A stretch of DNA of 64,000 nucleotides from Eledone cirrhosa (GCA_964016885.1 OZ024743.1:219170001-219234000), one strand, 5' to 3'. Positions 1 through 14,172 are shown, numbered from the stretch's first letter. Numbers and translations: made by a program. Notes: generated from the sequence alone by a model not told the origin.

Positions 1-340
1 GAGTTATCCTGTTGTGAACAATGCTAGGTCAGGTGGCCATGTCATGCTCATCTACATAATTTTATTGCTGCACCTCTAAAATTACATATTTTCATTTTAT
101 CAGATATCTTTGTATAAATCAGGGCAGAGTTGACAGCTTCTATTGATATAATAAATCTGCTTAAAGAAAAGCAGATAAATAAAAGCCAATTGGGCAAGTT
201 TCAACATCTAAAAAATATGAAGTTGTTTTGAATTGTGTGATATGATATAAAGAACTGGAATATCAATGACAATGAAAAAAGATTTTGAAAAGTTGCTATG
301 AAAGACAACTGAATAAAATGTGTATGAAAGGGATAAGATA

Positions 341-580
341 TTAACCCTTTAGTTGCCAATCCAGTTAAAACCAGCTCTTGTTCTATTGAATAAACCACCC
401 ATTTTAAAGGTTTCCAATTTAAATCAAAATCTTCTAAGATAATTTTATATAAGAACTTTACATTAAGTTACTATTTTAGTAATGAAATAATTAATAATTT
501 TAGTAATTCCCTCGAAGGTCTTCATTAATTAATTAAAATAGAGTGTATTTCATCAGAAATGTATTCATGAAAAGTTTAAA
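341..580. mobile_element. Degenerate piggyBac-type MITE
   Basis: Begins ttaaCCCTTTAG like the better copies at 25283 and 28577; the right end is decayed. Confidence 0.4.
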
Positions 581-3500
581 TCAGGTGTGTGTAAATGGAA
601 TATGCTATTGAACAAAGTGTATGCAAGAGTTAGGCAACTGAACAAAATGCATATAATGGATTTTCTTGACCCTACTGGATATTCAGCTGAGTCAATAGGG
701 AAATCAGTTCCAGAGATTAGAAGGATGATGGTGAATAAAAAAAAAAATTAGATAGGTTAATCCTTCCATCACCACATTTTTAATGTAAGACATTGCCAAT
801 GATTTTCAAATAATTTTGAAAATCATTATATATAACTTTATTATTAAGCTGGATACAATATATATGTATCATCATCATCGTTATTTTTACAACAGTTTTT
901 CCATATCTGCTTGGGTTGAAGATCCTTTTCTGGCAGGTTTTGTTAAGTCAGATGCCCTTTGTGATATCAACATATCTTACTTTAAGTGTGGTGGTTTGTT
1001 GAACCACTACACTGAACATTATTTATGAAGGACTTAAAAACAACAGTTGCCACGGTCAATATGATGTTTGCAGTGACTGGCATAGCCATACCTGTATACA
1101 CACATGACAGGCTCCCTTATACTTTTTGTCAACTAAAGCTCTTTGTAAAGTCAGCCCATACTTTATTTTAAGTATGAGGGTTTGTTGAATTGCTACACTG
1201 CAAGAACAACTGTCACCACAGATTTATAATCAATGGGTATGTGTGTATGCCTATTACTACAAGCATCACATCTGATCTGACTTGTTTCACAATGGGACAA
1301 CTCGTCTAACCCATGCTAGCATGGAAAAAATGAATGTTAAACAGTGATGATGATGGGAAAGACAGGTATGGTTGTGTGTGAGTGTTAATATGGATTTGTG
1401 GTTAGCTTGTCAGATGACCATGTTTTGCTCATACAGAACTGATTTTGGCTTGGTTTCTTTGGATGCCTTTCCTAATGCTAACTTCATTAACAGTGTGGAC
1501 TGGGTGCTTCTTGTCATAGCACTGAAACGTCCACCTTACAGTGCGGACTGGGCGCTTTTTATCATGGCAGCACCAAAACAACCACTTCGCAGTGCAGGCT
1601 GGGGTCTGGAGTAGGGGAGGTGCATGGATGTGATATTTGAAACTGTGAATGCTGATTGTGGAGTAAACTTGATTGAAAAAATCTTGACCAATACTGCTAT
1701 GATTAGGGTGCTCACTAATAGCAGAGGTGACCGAAATATAGCAACAATAGGTGCACAAAGACTAAAATAACATCTAGTAGCCTGACAACAGCTTCATGTG
1801 AACCCTATGTACTAAAATATGTTAGCAACATAAATAAGCCCAGACAAAGCCATTGACTGCTCAGATGACTTGCCAGGATAACAGATGAATTGATATCTAA
1901 ATAACATTGTTTTATAAAGTCTGGCAAAGGTGCGGAGTTAAATTACAAATAAGACTAAGTACAAATAAATTGAGAAGGTAAAGTTGCTTTCAAAGGCCTT
2001 CATTGATGCAACATAGATGTCTACATTGGTATGTAATCAAATGTATGCAGATAATGTATGATAAATTATAGTCATGAGGTGGCGGGTATTCAAGTAGAAT
2101 AGACCTGAGAAGACCTCTTTATATATGTCAACATATATGCTTACATTTAACATATATCATCATCATCAAATGTATTATTTAAACACTTAAACAATCCAGG
2201 CAATGTGAAGAAAAGCATGACTCATTTTGCAAGGTTGTTGAACCAGCTATAGAAGTTAGAAGTAATTAAGGTCATGAAAACCAGGAAAGTTGACATAGTG
2301 AGTTAAGTAAAATCCATTGAGATGTTCTGTTAAATTATAAATAAGGATGTGTGCCAATAAGCTAAGAAAGTGGATTGGTTTTAAAAACATTTACCGGAAA
2401 GGTCTGCTCAATAGAAAGTGACACAGTTTGTAAGTGAAGGGTAACCAAAACAACTAGAAAGACTATCATAGAGGACATTAGGTTTTGTAGATACTATACT
2501 AGCTATTTGCTTAGTTCATTAAGTAGTTGGGTTTTAATAGCAATGGCAGCTATGACAGTATCATCACTAAACTACAATATAAAAGGTGATATACTGAAAC
2601 TGATGGGCCAAGTGATGAGTCGCTGTTTTAGAACAACAGCAATGCAATGAAAACATTTCATGCCATGTATGATGGTATACTAAGAAAAGTTTCAGTTTAC
2701 AGTAAAATTTCAGCAAGGAAATTAGTGTATAAATTTAGTGTACCATTGTCTTTGCTGGGAGTTGTTGCATTTGTTTAGCACCTGGTCAATTCTGTTTATG
2801 TATCTCCTATGCTTTTTCTTTCTACCATTCATTTTTGAAGGTGTTTGAAGCTGTAGTTGAACTACAGACCATTGTTGACACCATCATTGCAGAAGTCAAT
2901 TTGATCAAGGGCTTATTGGGTGAGCATCATGATTTTAATTTCATTCCATTATGAGTGGAAGCATTTGGCCAATGGATTCATTACACTAGTCCATATTTTG
3001 ACACTGTTACCTCTATGAGCATCATATGAGGTTTTCTTTATTAGGAACAGAGTCTTATATATTCTGTCTGTTTGATCTTGTGAAATGTTATCTATATCAA
3101 CTTCAAGAAGTATTAAGATTTTCTGCCATTCTAATTTCTGAGAAAGTGTCTTGAATCTAGATTGGTTAATGATGCTCAGTGTAAACCAACCCATCTATCT
3201 CACTGGAGTTATATACCTATGATTAGGGGACATTATATACCACCAGCAACAGTCTTCTGTCACAGCTACTGGCTTGTTTCAATCCTGCAGCATCTCATAG
3301 AAGATTCAGGTACTTGGTAAGGAGTGTTAGGAATCGGAGGATGACCCAGCAATTAGTGTATTGGGCTCACAATCATGTAATGGGTTCGATTACTGAACAG
3401 GGTAGCAAATTGTGTTAAGTAAAACACTTTATTAAACATTGCTCAAATCCATTCACCTGAAAATGATACAAGAAGTTGGGTGTTAGAACTGGCATTCTGT

Positions 3501-4219
3501 TGTTTAACACCAATGAAGCCGAGTTCCAAGGCAGGTTATGGTCCAATGAGCATGCAAACTTGGGACAGACTTAACTATTTACCATAACCTTTCAACATAA
3601 TCTTTTCCAGAAACTGTGTTTATAACATATTTCTAAACTACTCAAATATTGAAACATACAATGGCAATCTCTTACAATTATCTGGATACAAAGAGACTAT
3701 CAAATGTGTTTACACAAGTTACATCTTCACAATAGAGCTCATAATTTAAAACTATATTATACCTACATTAAATTTATCTTAGATTTTCTCATAAAAGATG
3801 TGTTGTGCATAAATATATATTATTTACCAAAATATATGTATTATAAGTGTTTTTTCCAATGCCTAATTGACTTGATTTTGTCTGTAGAAGTTCCAAGCCC
3901 ATGACTCTTGCAGAAGCACCCCTAATAGTGAAATTGGTGAAGATGATGTTTGACTTCACTTTTTGCATATCAATGCTTAAAACCCTTTAATATCTAAACC
4001 AGCTGCAACCAACCAAAATTCCACATCTTTCTGTTCACTCCAGCCAAAACTGGCCTTTCACACCTACATTAATATAGTGTTCTAAAAATAAACTATACTG
4101 TCATCAAAACCTCTTAGATTCAGGATTATGCAAGATAAAGGCTTTACCGTGAACACACAATAGTAAATATAGTAAAAATTGTAAATTGTTTGTTTGTTTT
4201 TTTCTTTCTTTTTCTATTA

Positions 4220-5992
4220 ATATGGCTTCTGAAAGTAGTAATATCGACTTTGAAGGTTTTACTCAAGAAGACTTACAAAACGAAGGGAAAAAAATGACTG
4301 ATTCGTAATCGAATGAATCGGATATATTCATCTGATTTTTCATCCAAAGATGACATTTTGATAGTGAAAGTGAAGATTTCTACAATGCCATTGAAAATAT
4401 TACAGCTACATGATTGAAGAACACAACACAAATACATATTCCTGATTTTATTGAAAAAACTGGTCCACAACACTACCTCACTGGATTATTTCTTTTAGTT
4501 TTTGCCACAAACTTTCTTCAAAGCCACAGCAGAAAAGACAAATCAGTATGCCCAGCAAACTATTTCTAATAAAAGAAAACCCAATCTATTATGGCGACCA
4601 ACAAACGCTGCAGATATTCGAGGATTTTTCACAATAAATATGTTTAGTATTAAATAATTTCCAAGGCCGTAGAATTACTGGAGCCAAGTACGGTGACCAT
4701 ATATCAAGCATTATGCCTAAAATCACTTGGTCAATACTTCCAATACCCCCGGTGGGATGAATCAAATTATGATCCTCTATATGAAGTCCGTCCAATGCTT
4801 TATTTATTATCTGAGAAATTTAAAACCGTATCTACTTGGAAAAAATCTGTATCAAGGAAGCAATGATTGACTATAAGGATAGGGTACATTTCCAACAATA
4901 TATGCCAGCTAAACCTACCAAATGGAGCATCAAGGTGTGGGAGCTCTATGAATCGGACATAGGCTACTGTGCGAACTTCAATGTTTATACGAAAAAAAAT
5001 ATAACAGAGTGAGATAAAATGAATTGGGATATGATGTTATGTGATCTGACTGAACCCTTCCACTCTCAACACAGACATGTATATTTCGATAGTTTCTTTT
5101 TTTTTTTTTTTCTTCAGTGCTTATAGCAGAGTATCTTGCCCTCATAAATACGTACACCTGCAGGACAATAATGGGCAATTGCAAAGGGCTACCCTAAGAA
5201 ATAAAATGCACAAATTCTTTTTAAAAAGAGGGAACAGTCTCTAGGTGCAAAACGGAAATATGTTGTTAGCCACATTATACAAGGACAAATGACTTAACCA
5301 TTTTGAATTCTTTCATTGTATTCACTAAAAATCACAAAGCTTTGCCACAACCAAAAGACACCGCCACATGAAATTAGTGTGGACATAGCATGACAGTATG
5401 GAGGATACAATTCCTGCAAACACAGGGCTGGTGGAAGAAAATCAAAACTAAGTAGATGTTAACAGCGAAAATATTGATTTTCATAAGATAGTAAAAATTA
5501 ATGAGAGGAAGAAAGTTTGCAGAATGTGCTCTTTGCAAAAGAGAAAAACTGCTAATGGTTACCAAATAGGAACATCTTTCATGTGTTCCTTTTATAAAGT
5601 ACTATTATCTAAAGGGTGCTTTGGCCTATTTCATGACAGAAATATTGCCTGACAATATCGAGTTGTTAAAAAGAATTATTATTTGTTAGAGGGTCGGACG
5701 CCATGCTTTCCAGCATAGTTACGTCCCTTTACGATCTGAGTTCAAATCCCGCCGAGGTTGACTTTGCCTTTCATCCTTACAGGGGTCAATAAAATAAAGT
5801 ACCAGTAATGCATGCACTGGGTATTTGCTGGCCTTGTGCCTAAAGTAGAAACAATTATTTGAACACAAATTATGTGCAAAAACCAGAAATATGTATTAAT
5901 GAGCTTTTTTTACTGGACACTCCTGTTACGTAAATTTACTCAGTACATTGTGTAAGAGTACATTGCCAATAGTACGACTGGTAAAAGGGTTT
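4220..5992 (+). mobile_element. Decayed piggyBac (PGBD4-like) transposase relic
   Basis: ~4863-4990 translates MIDYKDRVHFQQYMPAKPTKWSIKVWELYESDIGYCANFNVY, the piggyBac core. A Cys-rich tail remnant (KVCRMCSLQKR...FMCSF...CFGLFH) is at ~5510-5635 and the element ends ...aaaaggg tttt at ~5990. Many stops and frameshifts. Confidence 0.8.
5685..5860 (+). mobile_element. tRNA-derived SINE family A (5'-truncated), nested in the piggyBac relic
   Basis: B-box gagttcaaatccc, central gcctttcatccttac.ggggtc.ataaaataaagtacc, tail ggccttgtgcctaaagtagaaacaattat; attatttg on both flanks. Confidence 0.85.
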
Positions 5993-6269
5993 TATACTTT
6001 GTGTTCAATGAAAATATTTGCATGAAATGTAGAGAAAGAATAAAACCTTGCACTGATTATACCTGCATTTTAATTTATTCATCTGCTCGTGAAAAGTAGT
6101 AAAATTGGTGGGAGTCAACATCTGGGCTATTATTGGCTAATTTTTGTAACATAGCTAACAGGTAAGGCACATAAAGTTGTTTTTTTGTGTTTATCCATAA
6201 AGTCATTGCTTTTTACACCTGTTAATTAATTTCACTTGTCCATAAAGTCAAATTTAACAAAAGTACACA

Positions 6270-7137
6270 CTGTATTTCCTGGCGTTGAAGACACTATTTT
6301 TTTCCTAAAATAAGTCTAAAATATCTACCAAGTGTACTGAAGGCCGAAAGTTGTGTTTCTTATAGACATATCCTAACCCCAGAGGAAAATTATCTATGCT
6401 AGTCAGTAATCTGAACTCCTGTATATGACCTCTTAATGAAATGTATAAATTATACTTAGTTTCTTAACCAGTTCAAACCTGGACCTGCTGATGTTAGGAG
6501 CGATCTTTAACTTCAGAAGATTTGACTTAAAATGTTTAACACTGCCGGTATTATGGCAACCTCAAGCAGAAGACACTCTTACACAATCGACCACAAACAG
6601 CATGGCAACCGAGCTGCAGTGAGGCATTTTGGAGCACCACCAACTGAGATATTGATCCGCTACTGGAGGAAACAAGAGGACCTGTTGTGTTGAAGCCTGC
6701 ATCAAGACAAATGTAACCTGCATCAGTCTGCAGCTAAGTGGCCAGAACTGGAGCACATACCAGTAGGCATAAACTTTGAGAGTAAACTTACCATACCATG
6801 TCTCTGTACTGAAGGTCCCACAAAACATTGGTATGGTAGGTGAGTGCTGGTCTCAATGGGGGACAGTCTCAGTTAGCCAGCATAAGGTATAGCCCAAATA
6901 AGGGTTAGGACAAACAGCCAAAATAAATGCTCGGAACATTTTAAGAGGCATACTGGAAGTTAGTGATGTTTTTTCATTGCATCTGTAAAGGTAACAAAAC
7001 AAAAAAGCGCCAGGACTTTGTTTTTATGTTTATTATTATTATCCTTATTTTTTATTTTAATTCTTTTCAATTTTTGGCTGTCAAAATTGGGGTGCGTTCT
7101 CGAGAGAGAAGTATCTTCGACAACGGGAAATAAAGTA
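6270..7137. mobile_element. pogo/Tigger-like non-autonomous DNA transposon
   Basis: Imperfect TIRs ctgtatttcctggcgttgaagacac ... gtatcttcgacaacgggaaataaag-ta, with a subterminal ggggtgcgt motif. Confidence 0.55.
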
Positions 7138-7926
7138 ATTGTAAATCATTGATATTTAAACACCTACTGAGAAAATTGAAAGTTAAACAAATATAATTGA
7201 CAACCTTCTTGAGTATGTTTTACTGAAAATAATGTAAATAAATAAACATGATATTTGACAGAGTAATGTAAATGCTAAAGGGTTAAAGGAGAAATGTGAA
7301 TAAGGAAGGACCTTGTTAGGAATATATTGTAAGGCTTAATTATGAATAGTGATGGTTGATGGCTTATGAAGACAACTAAAATGAGTTAGATATAAAATAT
7401 AAATATGAAAACATTAACAATTCTGCGCTTTGATAAAATCAGAACGATGATGAGAATGGACAACTAGTATAAGACAAGGAAGCATCATGAGATGAGGAAA
7501 ATATTGTAGTTGAAATAGTTGTCAACTAAGAAGGGGTAGAGATAAGAAATCGATTTTTAAAATTGGAAATATTATAATATACTAGCTGAATGACCCGGCG
7601 TTGCCTGGATTACTGCTGTTCTTATTCAGATTAGTAAACAACGAATATGGAGATATATTTTTTTCTCACAATTATTTCAAAATATTTATATTTTATTAAA
7701 AAAAATTCAAAATTGTAATGATAATAGAATTTAGAAATGAAAATCTGTCAATCTTGAAGCACCTCAGGGTAAACAATAATCATTGTGTAATTTTTTGGTG
7801 GTATCCAAATGAATAAATTGTTGCTGCTTCCAACTCGTGAGTTGACCATGGGAGAAACATGTAGTAGAGATATCAAGTCCAACTGCCTTGAGAGATTGAC
7901 TCTTGAGATTTGTTAATTGAAATAAC

Positions 7927-8108
7927 TGTTTCTACTTTTGGCACAAGGCCAGCAAATACTCAGTACATTACTGGTACTCTATTTTATCGACCCCGTAAGG
8001 ATGAAAGGCAAAGTCAACCTCGGCGGGATTTGAACTCAGACCGTAAAGGGACGTAACTATGCTGGAAAGCATGGCATCCGACTCTCTACCGATACTGCCA
8101 ATCCACCT
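7927..8108 (-). mobile_element. SINE family A
   Basis: Reverse complement of the 50277 copy. Confidence 0.85.
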
Positions 8109-8346
8109 GCGCATGGAGGATGACCGATGGGTGAAGAAGTGCCAGGAAATGCCAGTTGAAGGAAGATGTGGTAGAGGTAGACCACGAAAAACATGGGCGG
8201 AGGTGGTGAGAGCAGACCTCAGATCACTGAAGCTCACGGTGGAGATGACGAAGGACTGTGTGACAAGTGGAGAGATGCTGTGCTGAATAAGACCCGTCCC
8301 ACCTTTGCAAGCAGGGAAAAGCGGACGTAAAATGATGATGATGATG
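8108..8346 (+). mobile_element. RTE-clade LINE 3' end with (GAT)n tail
   Basis: ORF remnant RMEDDRWVKKCQEMPVEGRCGRGRPRKTWAEVVRADL, then ggacgtaaaatgatgatgatg. Confidence 0.85.
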
Positions 8347-9283
8347 AATTTAAATAACAAAACTTAGTTTGACTAGAAACTGAAGCCTCTTAAATTCAAC
8401 ACACATATACTTGTCAGTAATCACATATGTATATGAAGATGTATGTGTATGTAACTTACTAAGCCCTAACATATGTAATAAACGCACAAACACACACTCA
8501 TATAGAAAATGTGACGTCGTCATCGTCACATACTCTCACACACATATACTTGTCAGTCATCACATATTATATGTGTAGATGTGTGTGCATTTAATTCTCT
8601 GTGTATCTGATTAAATATTTACGTGAAGATGTGTGTATGTAACAAACGTGCAAACACTCAGACACATACACACTCATATACAAAATGTGACATCATCGTT
8701 GTCATGTTATAAAATGTTTAATTATAGTCTATAGTAGAATATTTTAGATAAAATGTTATATTGTTTTAATCCAAATGAAAATAAAAATTACATGTTAATC
8801 CCGGGGTCTAATACTATTACTTTGTAAAATTTGATTTGATTTGATCGAGCTGTTTGAGAATACATAAGGAAAGGACAGAGAGACAAAGAATTTTATATAG
8901 AGAGAGAGATGAATAACCAGAAAAAATATTGACTCAAACTGTAATAATTCTTTATTATAATGGTGCTAAATGGAATATATATACATATATATATATCATC
9001 TAACATCTGCTTTCCCAGCTAGAGTTGGACAAGTCTACATAGAGCAAGTCAGTACAGAAGCGAGGCTACTGGCATCCTAGACAGGCCAAGGGGTCTGTAT
9101 CCCACTTCCATATGGTCAAATTAAGTGCAAAGAAGAAGTTATCATGTCTTTTGTCACAAACTAAAGGGTCCTCCCAATCCCCTGGCTGGCTAGCTTTCTA
9201 TGACTAGATGCCTTTCTTAATATCAGCCACTTAGCAGCATGTACTGAGTGCTTTTATTGTGTAGATCACCAGCACTATATATA

Positions 9284-10607
9284 TCATCATCATTTTACAT
9301 CCACTTTTCCCTGCTTGCAAGGGTGGGACGGGTCCTATTCAGCACAGCATCTCTCCACTTGTCACGTCATCTCCTCCGTGAGTTTCATGTTTTTCGTGGT
9401 CTTCCTTCTACTGGGATGTCTTAGCACTTCTTTACCCAGCGGTCATCCTCCATGTGCATCACATGTCCATACCATCTCAGTCTTCTCTCCTGCACACCAC
9501 AACTTACCCCTCTTATACCCAGTTTCTCAACTCATCTATGCTTCGTTATTCACGCACATTGACATTTCACACATCTAACGGAGCATGCTTGCTTCAATTC
9601 TCTCCAGCCGTCGCATATCCTCTGCAATTGCTGCCCATGTCTCACTACCATGCAACATCGCGCATCTCACACAGGCATCATATAACCGGCCTTTCGTACG
9701 CAGGGAGAAACCCTTCTTTGTCAACCGAGGAAGCAGCTCCCTAAATTTCTTCCAACCCGTCCTTATTTTAGATACTATGGCCTGGGAACACCACCCTCCC
9801 ATGCTAATCTGATCACCTAGGTACCGGAAGCTATCAACCACTTCTATAGAACCTACCTGCATTTGAAAAATGTGTATCACTGCGATTACTACGGTCAACT
9901 TTCCCTGTACATCTACTGCATACGTAGTTTTCCCTACCTGTTAGTTTGCCTGCTATCCCACTACATCTCTTGAGTACTCAAGATCTGCATTGCGTACATT
10001 TTATAGAATTTATGCCAGTTCCTTTTCTACATATCGAACATGGCCATTTCCCTGATGGAATCAGAGTTTTCTACTTATCAACACCTTTGTCTTAGCTATG
10101 TTCACTCTCAGTCTTCTTGATTCCAACTTCTGTTTCCATAGCCAGAATTTCTTCTTTAGCTCCTCTACTGATTCTGCTATAAGAACCAGATCATCAGCAT
10201 AGAGAAGTTCCCACGGGCAGCCAGTCTTAAACTCCTCTGTTATGGCTTGGAGGACTATAATGAACAATAGCGAGCTGAGGACTGAACCCTGATGTACTCC
10301 TACTTGTATCTGGAATTCCTCACAAAACTCCATTCCTACTCTCACTTTACTGACAGCACCCCTGTACATAGCTTGCACTGTCCTCACAAGCCATTCCTCG
10401 ACACCTAGTTTCCTTAGGGACCACCAGATGACAGATCATCAAAGGCCTTCTCTAGGTCAACAAAAGCTAAGTATGGTGGCTTATTCTTCTCTAAGTTGTC
10501 TCACTAAGAAGAGGGCATCTGTTGTACAAAACCAAACTGCATCTCATTTAATTTGACCCTTTCTCTAATCAGTTGCCCTAATATTCTCTCTGTCACTTTC
10601 ATAACCT
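9284..10607 (-). mobile_element. RTE-clade LINE, 5'-truncated, reverse transcriptase pseudogene
   Basis: Fragments KLNEMQFGFV, GVHQGSVLSSLLFIIVL...WELLYADDLVLIAES and FRYLGDQI...KGRLYDACVRCAMLHGSETWA; (CAT)n tail at ~9284. Confidence 0.92.
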
Positions 10608-11729
10608 TATATATATATATAAGATGCACCTTATATATATATATAAGATCCACCCTTATGAGCAGGAAAGAGCGGACGTAAGATGATGATGATGATATAT
10701 ATATATATATACATATGAGAAAAGAAAGAGGTTTCCCATTATGTTGGATAATTTGTGTTTGTGTGGACTGAATATGCAAACAAAAGGCAAGCAAGTAAAT
10801 AATAACGGAAAGAATGTTCAGCACTTGTAGGTGATTGTGTAACAGTTAAGAAACACATGTTAGGGAATATAATGTAATAATCTTTCTTCAAATTTTATCT
10901 TATATATGAATATATTGTATATACACATGTGTATATGTATCAATATGTACCAATTTAGAATAGGTACACCGTAACCATGTATGTCGTAAAATGCAACTAA
11001 AAAGAGGATTGGTACCAGGAAGGGGATCCAGCTGTAAAACATCCCATCATGAAAAGTTAGCATGAAACTGATGATGATAATCATATATACGTACACTATG
11101 TAAAGTAGTTGGTATCAAAAAGGGCATCCAGCTGTAGAAACAATCCCAAGTAAAAAGAAATGTATGCTTCCAACCAATATGGAATTTGGTCCGTGATGAG
11201 CCACCCAACCCATGCCTACATGGAAAAACATTATCAGATGTAACCCAAAACTCCAAGTTTGGAAACAACAGGTTAAATCACACTACACTACCAGCCCTTG
11301 TTCCCATCATCTATCACACTGACTACCTCACTCTACAAGTAAATCATATCTCATGTAGAGGGGGGGGGTAGTCTCTCAGCCCCCTTCCATTCACTGTGAT
11401 CATCTCCTCATATACTTCTTGTTTCCACTTTTTAATCTGTTTACTTCTTCATTTACAGCAACCATTAATTACCACACAGTCAAAGCAACTTTGGATGAAA
11501 CTTTTGTCTTATTCTCAAACTCAAACAAAAAATGACTGATCAATAAAAGTGTCAAAATGGTACATGTATCTGTAGTCAGCAATACACTGTGTACTAAAAA
11601 GGGCATACCAAATATTATACTCCACCCAATCTTTAGTGAAACAAGGCCTATAATCAGTATATGATTAAAATATGAAGAACATAGCAATCAATATAACAAA
11701 TATTAACTTGCCTTGCAAATATATATATA

Positions 11730-12846
11730 CTAGCATTAAAGCCCGGCGTTGTTCGGGGTCAGTAAGTTACCAAAGTTAGGTTGCACCACCCATTTTATGG
11801 CAGCACTTTTTGGTCTGCCAGGCACTGGGTGATTGAATTGCAGACCTGGACTGCCGAAGCAGGAGCTGCACCAGCAGTGACAATTGTAATTTCGCCTATG
11901 GATATTATCTGTGCAAAGAAGTGTTGAAATTTATTGTTTCACAGTACTTGCGCAACACGCGCGTAGACGATGCCAGCCGAACAACAGAGCTGCGATGGAG
12001 TTGTTCTGCATGGTTGTCTAATGTGTGTTTTCTAAATTTAAGACAGTAGGGAGGGGTGTGATATGGGGAGAGTTAGCTGCTGTGTCTAGCAGGTTTAGTG
12101 ACCTCATAGAGGATATGTTTTCTAAATTTAAGACAGTAGGGAGTGGTGTGATATGGGGGAGAGTTAGCTGCTGTTTCTAGCAGGTTTAGTGACCTCATAG
12201 AGGATATGTTTTTTAAATTTAAGACAGTAGGGAGGGGTGTGATATGGGGGAGAGTTAGCTGCTTTTTTTAGCAGGTTTAGTGACTCATAGAGGATATTAT
12301 TGTGTATAGTAAATGAACTGATACTTCTTTCTTCCACGTTCGTTGATAGATGTTTTAAAAAAGATTTATCGCTATTTTTTTGTTGTTGAATAAATTTATC
12401 TGTTGCTTTTGAATAATTGTTGTTTCGTATGAAATGTAATAAGTTCTCTTTGTCATTGAAGTAAATAAATGTTTGACCGTTCCACATTCAAAAACAAACG
12501 TTCTCTCTCTCTCTCTCCCTCTCAAAGTTTGTAAGTTTAATTGTATATAAGAGAAAGTTGCAGCATGTATATAGTTTTATCGAATTTTAAGAGGAGTAGA
12601 GAGAGTAAATTAGATTGTATTAGAGGGGTAAAGCGTCATGTATTTAGTTTTATCGATTATTTCCGTAATTGTTGATGAGTTTGAATGAAATAAATAGTCG
12701 TTGACCTAAGTTAGACTATTTACAACATTCTTACAGACTGAGTCGAATCGGTTTGAAATTGTGCAAATGTATAAACATGGAACATGCACACACACACACA
12801 CACAACAACAACAACAACAACAACAATCTGCCTTTTATAGATAATG
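11730..12846 (-). mobile_element. Lep1-like non-autonomous Helitron carrying captured sequence
   Basis: 3' end aacgccgggctttaatgCTAG-t; 5' end tcattatctataaaaggcag followed by (GTT)n/(GT)n. Confidence 0.6.
12027..12297. repeat. Three tandem copies of a ~90-bp unit
   Basis: The unit ttttctaaatttaagacagtagggaggggtgtgatatggggagagttagctgctg...gacctcatagaggatat occurs three times. Confidence 0.9.
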
Positions 12847-13879
12847 ATATATAAAACTGGGTGGTTGCTTCGAGCATGGCATTTTTCCTAATTCACAAAT
12901 AATTTGGGGTAATGATAGTCACAAAAAAAGAATTTTAGAGTTATAGAAAACTTGAAATACATGTAAGACCCACCTTCCCATGTGCTTGAAGAATGTATCT
13001 AGTATGTACCACTTCCCCCTAACTTCCTATCCCTCCTTCCATGTACCACCCACGTCCTAACACTCCAAACTCCACCCACGTCCTAACATTCCACCATTCG
13101 CCAATGTCCTAAAACCTTACCCATTACTAGATAAGCACCTCAACCTAGATCAACCTCTCCAATGAGACAACTTGTCTCACCCATACTAGCGTAGGAAAAT
13201 GGACGTCAAATGGTGATGATGATGATGACATTGCTCATAAGATCCTTATTATATAAATGAAAAGTTTTAGCTGGTGTGAAAAAATGTTAATAGAACGAAA
13301 GAGAAACAAGTTTCAACAATAGCCAGAGAAAAGACTAGAAACTATTCCATGTGAATATTTCAAGATATAAACCATATACTTTCAAAAAGAAAAACCTGGT
13401 CTAAAAAAAAAAAATAAAAAAATAAAAAAAATCGCAATTGTTAATATAGAGGTATGAATGGCAAGATGTCTACACTTGAAACTTTGTTCCTGCATATCCA
13501 GTGCATGAGAAACATTTACCTGCAGGACAAGTAAAAGGATAGTTGAGAATTTAGGTTGTGTTAATCTTCTTATAATATATAACCAGCAAATTCTCTGTCT
13601 GTCCGACAGTGGAAACACGTGCGCGTGTGCGAATGTTTTTTGCGCACGCGTAGAGAGAGTGAGAGTGAAAGAAAGAGACAGACTACGAGAGAGGGATGGC
13701 GGGAGGGAGAGAGGGAGAGAGAGAGGGATAGCGGGAGGGAGAGAGAGTGAATAGACGCTAAAACACGTGCGCGCGTGCAAATGTTTTTTGTGCACGCGTA
13801 GAGAGAGAGTGAGAGTGAAAGAAAGAGACAGACTACAAGAGGGGGATAGTGGGAGGGAGAGAGGGGGGAATTGAGGAGT

Positions 13880-14141
13880 GCTACAGAAACATATATACAT
13901 TTCTGTGTGTGTGTTATATATATATATACACACACAGAAATATATATATATACACACTGAAATATATATACATTTCTGTGTGTGTAATATATATATATAT
14001 ATACACACACAGAAATATATATACATTTCTGTGTGTGTAATATATATATATATATATACACACAGAAATATATATACATTTGTGTGTGTGTAATATATAT
14101 ATATATACACACAGAAATATATATACATTTGTGTGTGTGTA

Positions 14142-14172
<31 letters not shown>

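Larger units (their letters stand above)
7582..8909 (-). mobile_element. Lep1-like non-autonomous Helitron with nested retro-inserts
   Basis: Minus-strand 3' end gcaacgccgggtcattcagCTAG-t. The 5' end is tctctatataaaattctttgtctctctgtcc. Ends match the Helitrons at 11730 and 15834. Confidence 0.65.

Noticed and set aside
12027-12297. CRISPR-like appearance of regular repeats (also 55577-55718 and 13880-14585)
   Set aside because: Units are contiguous with no unique spacers, the context is eukaryotic, and there are no cas genes.
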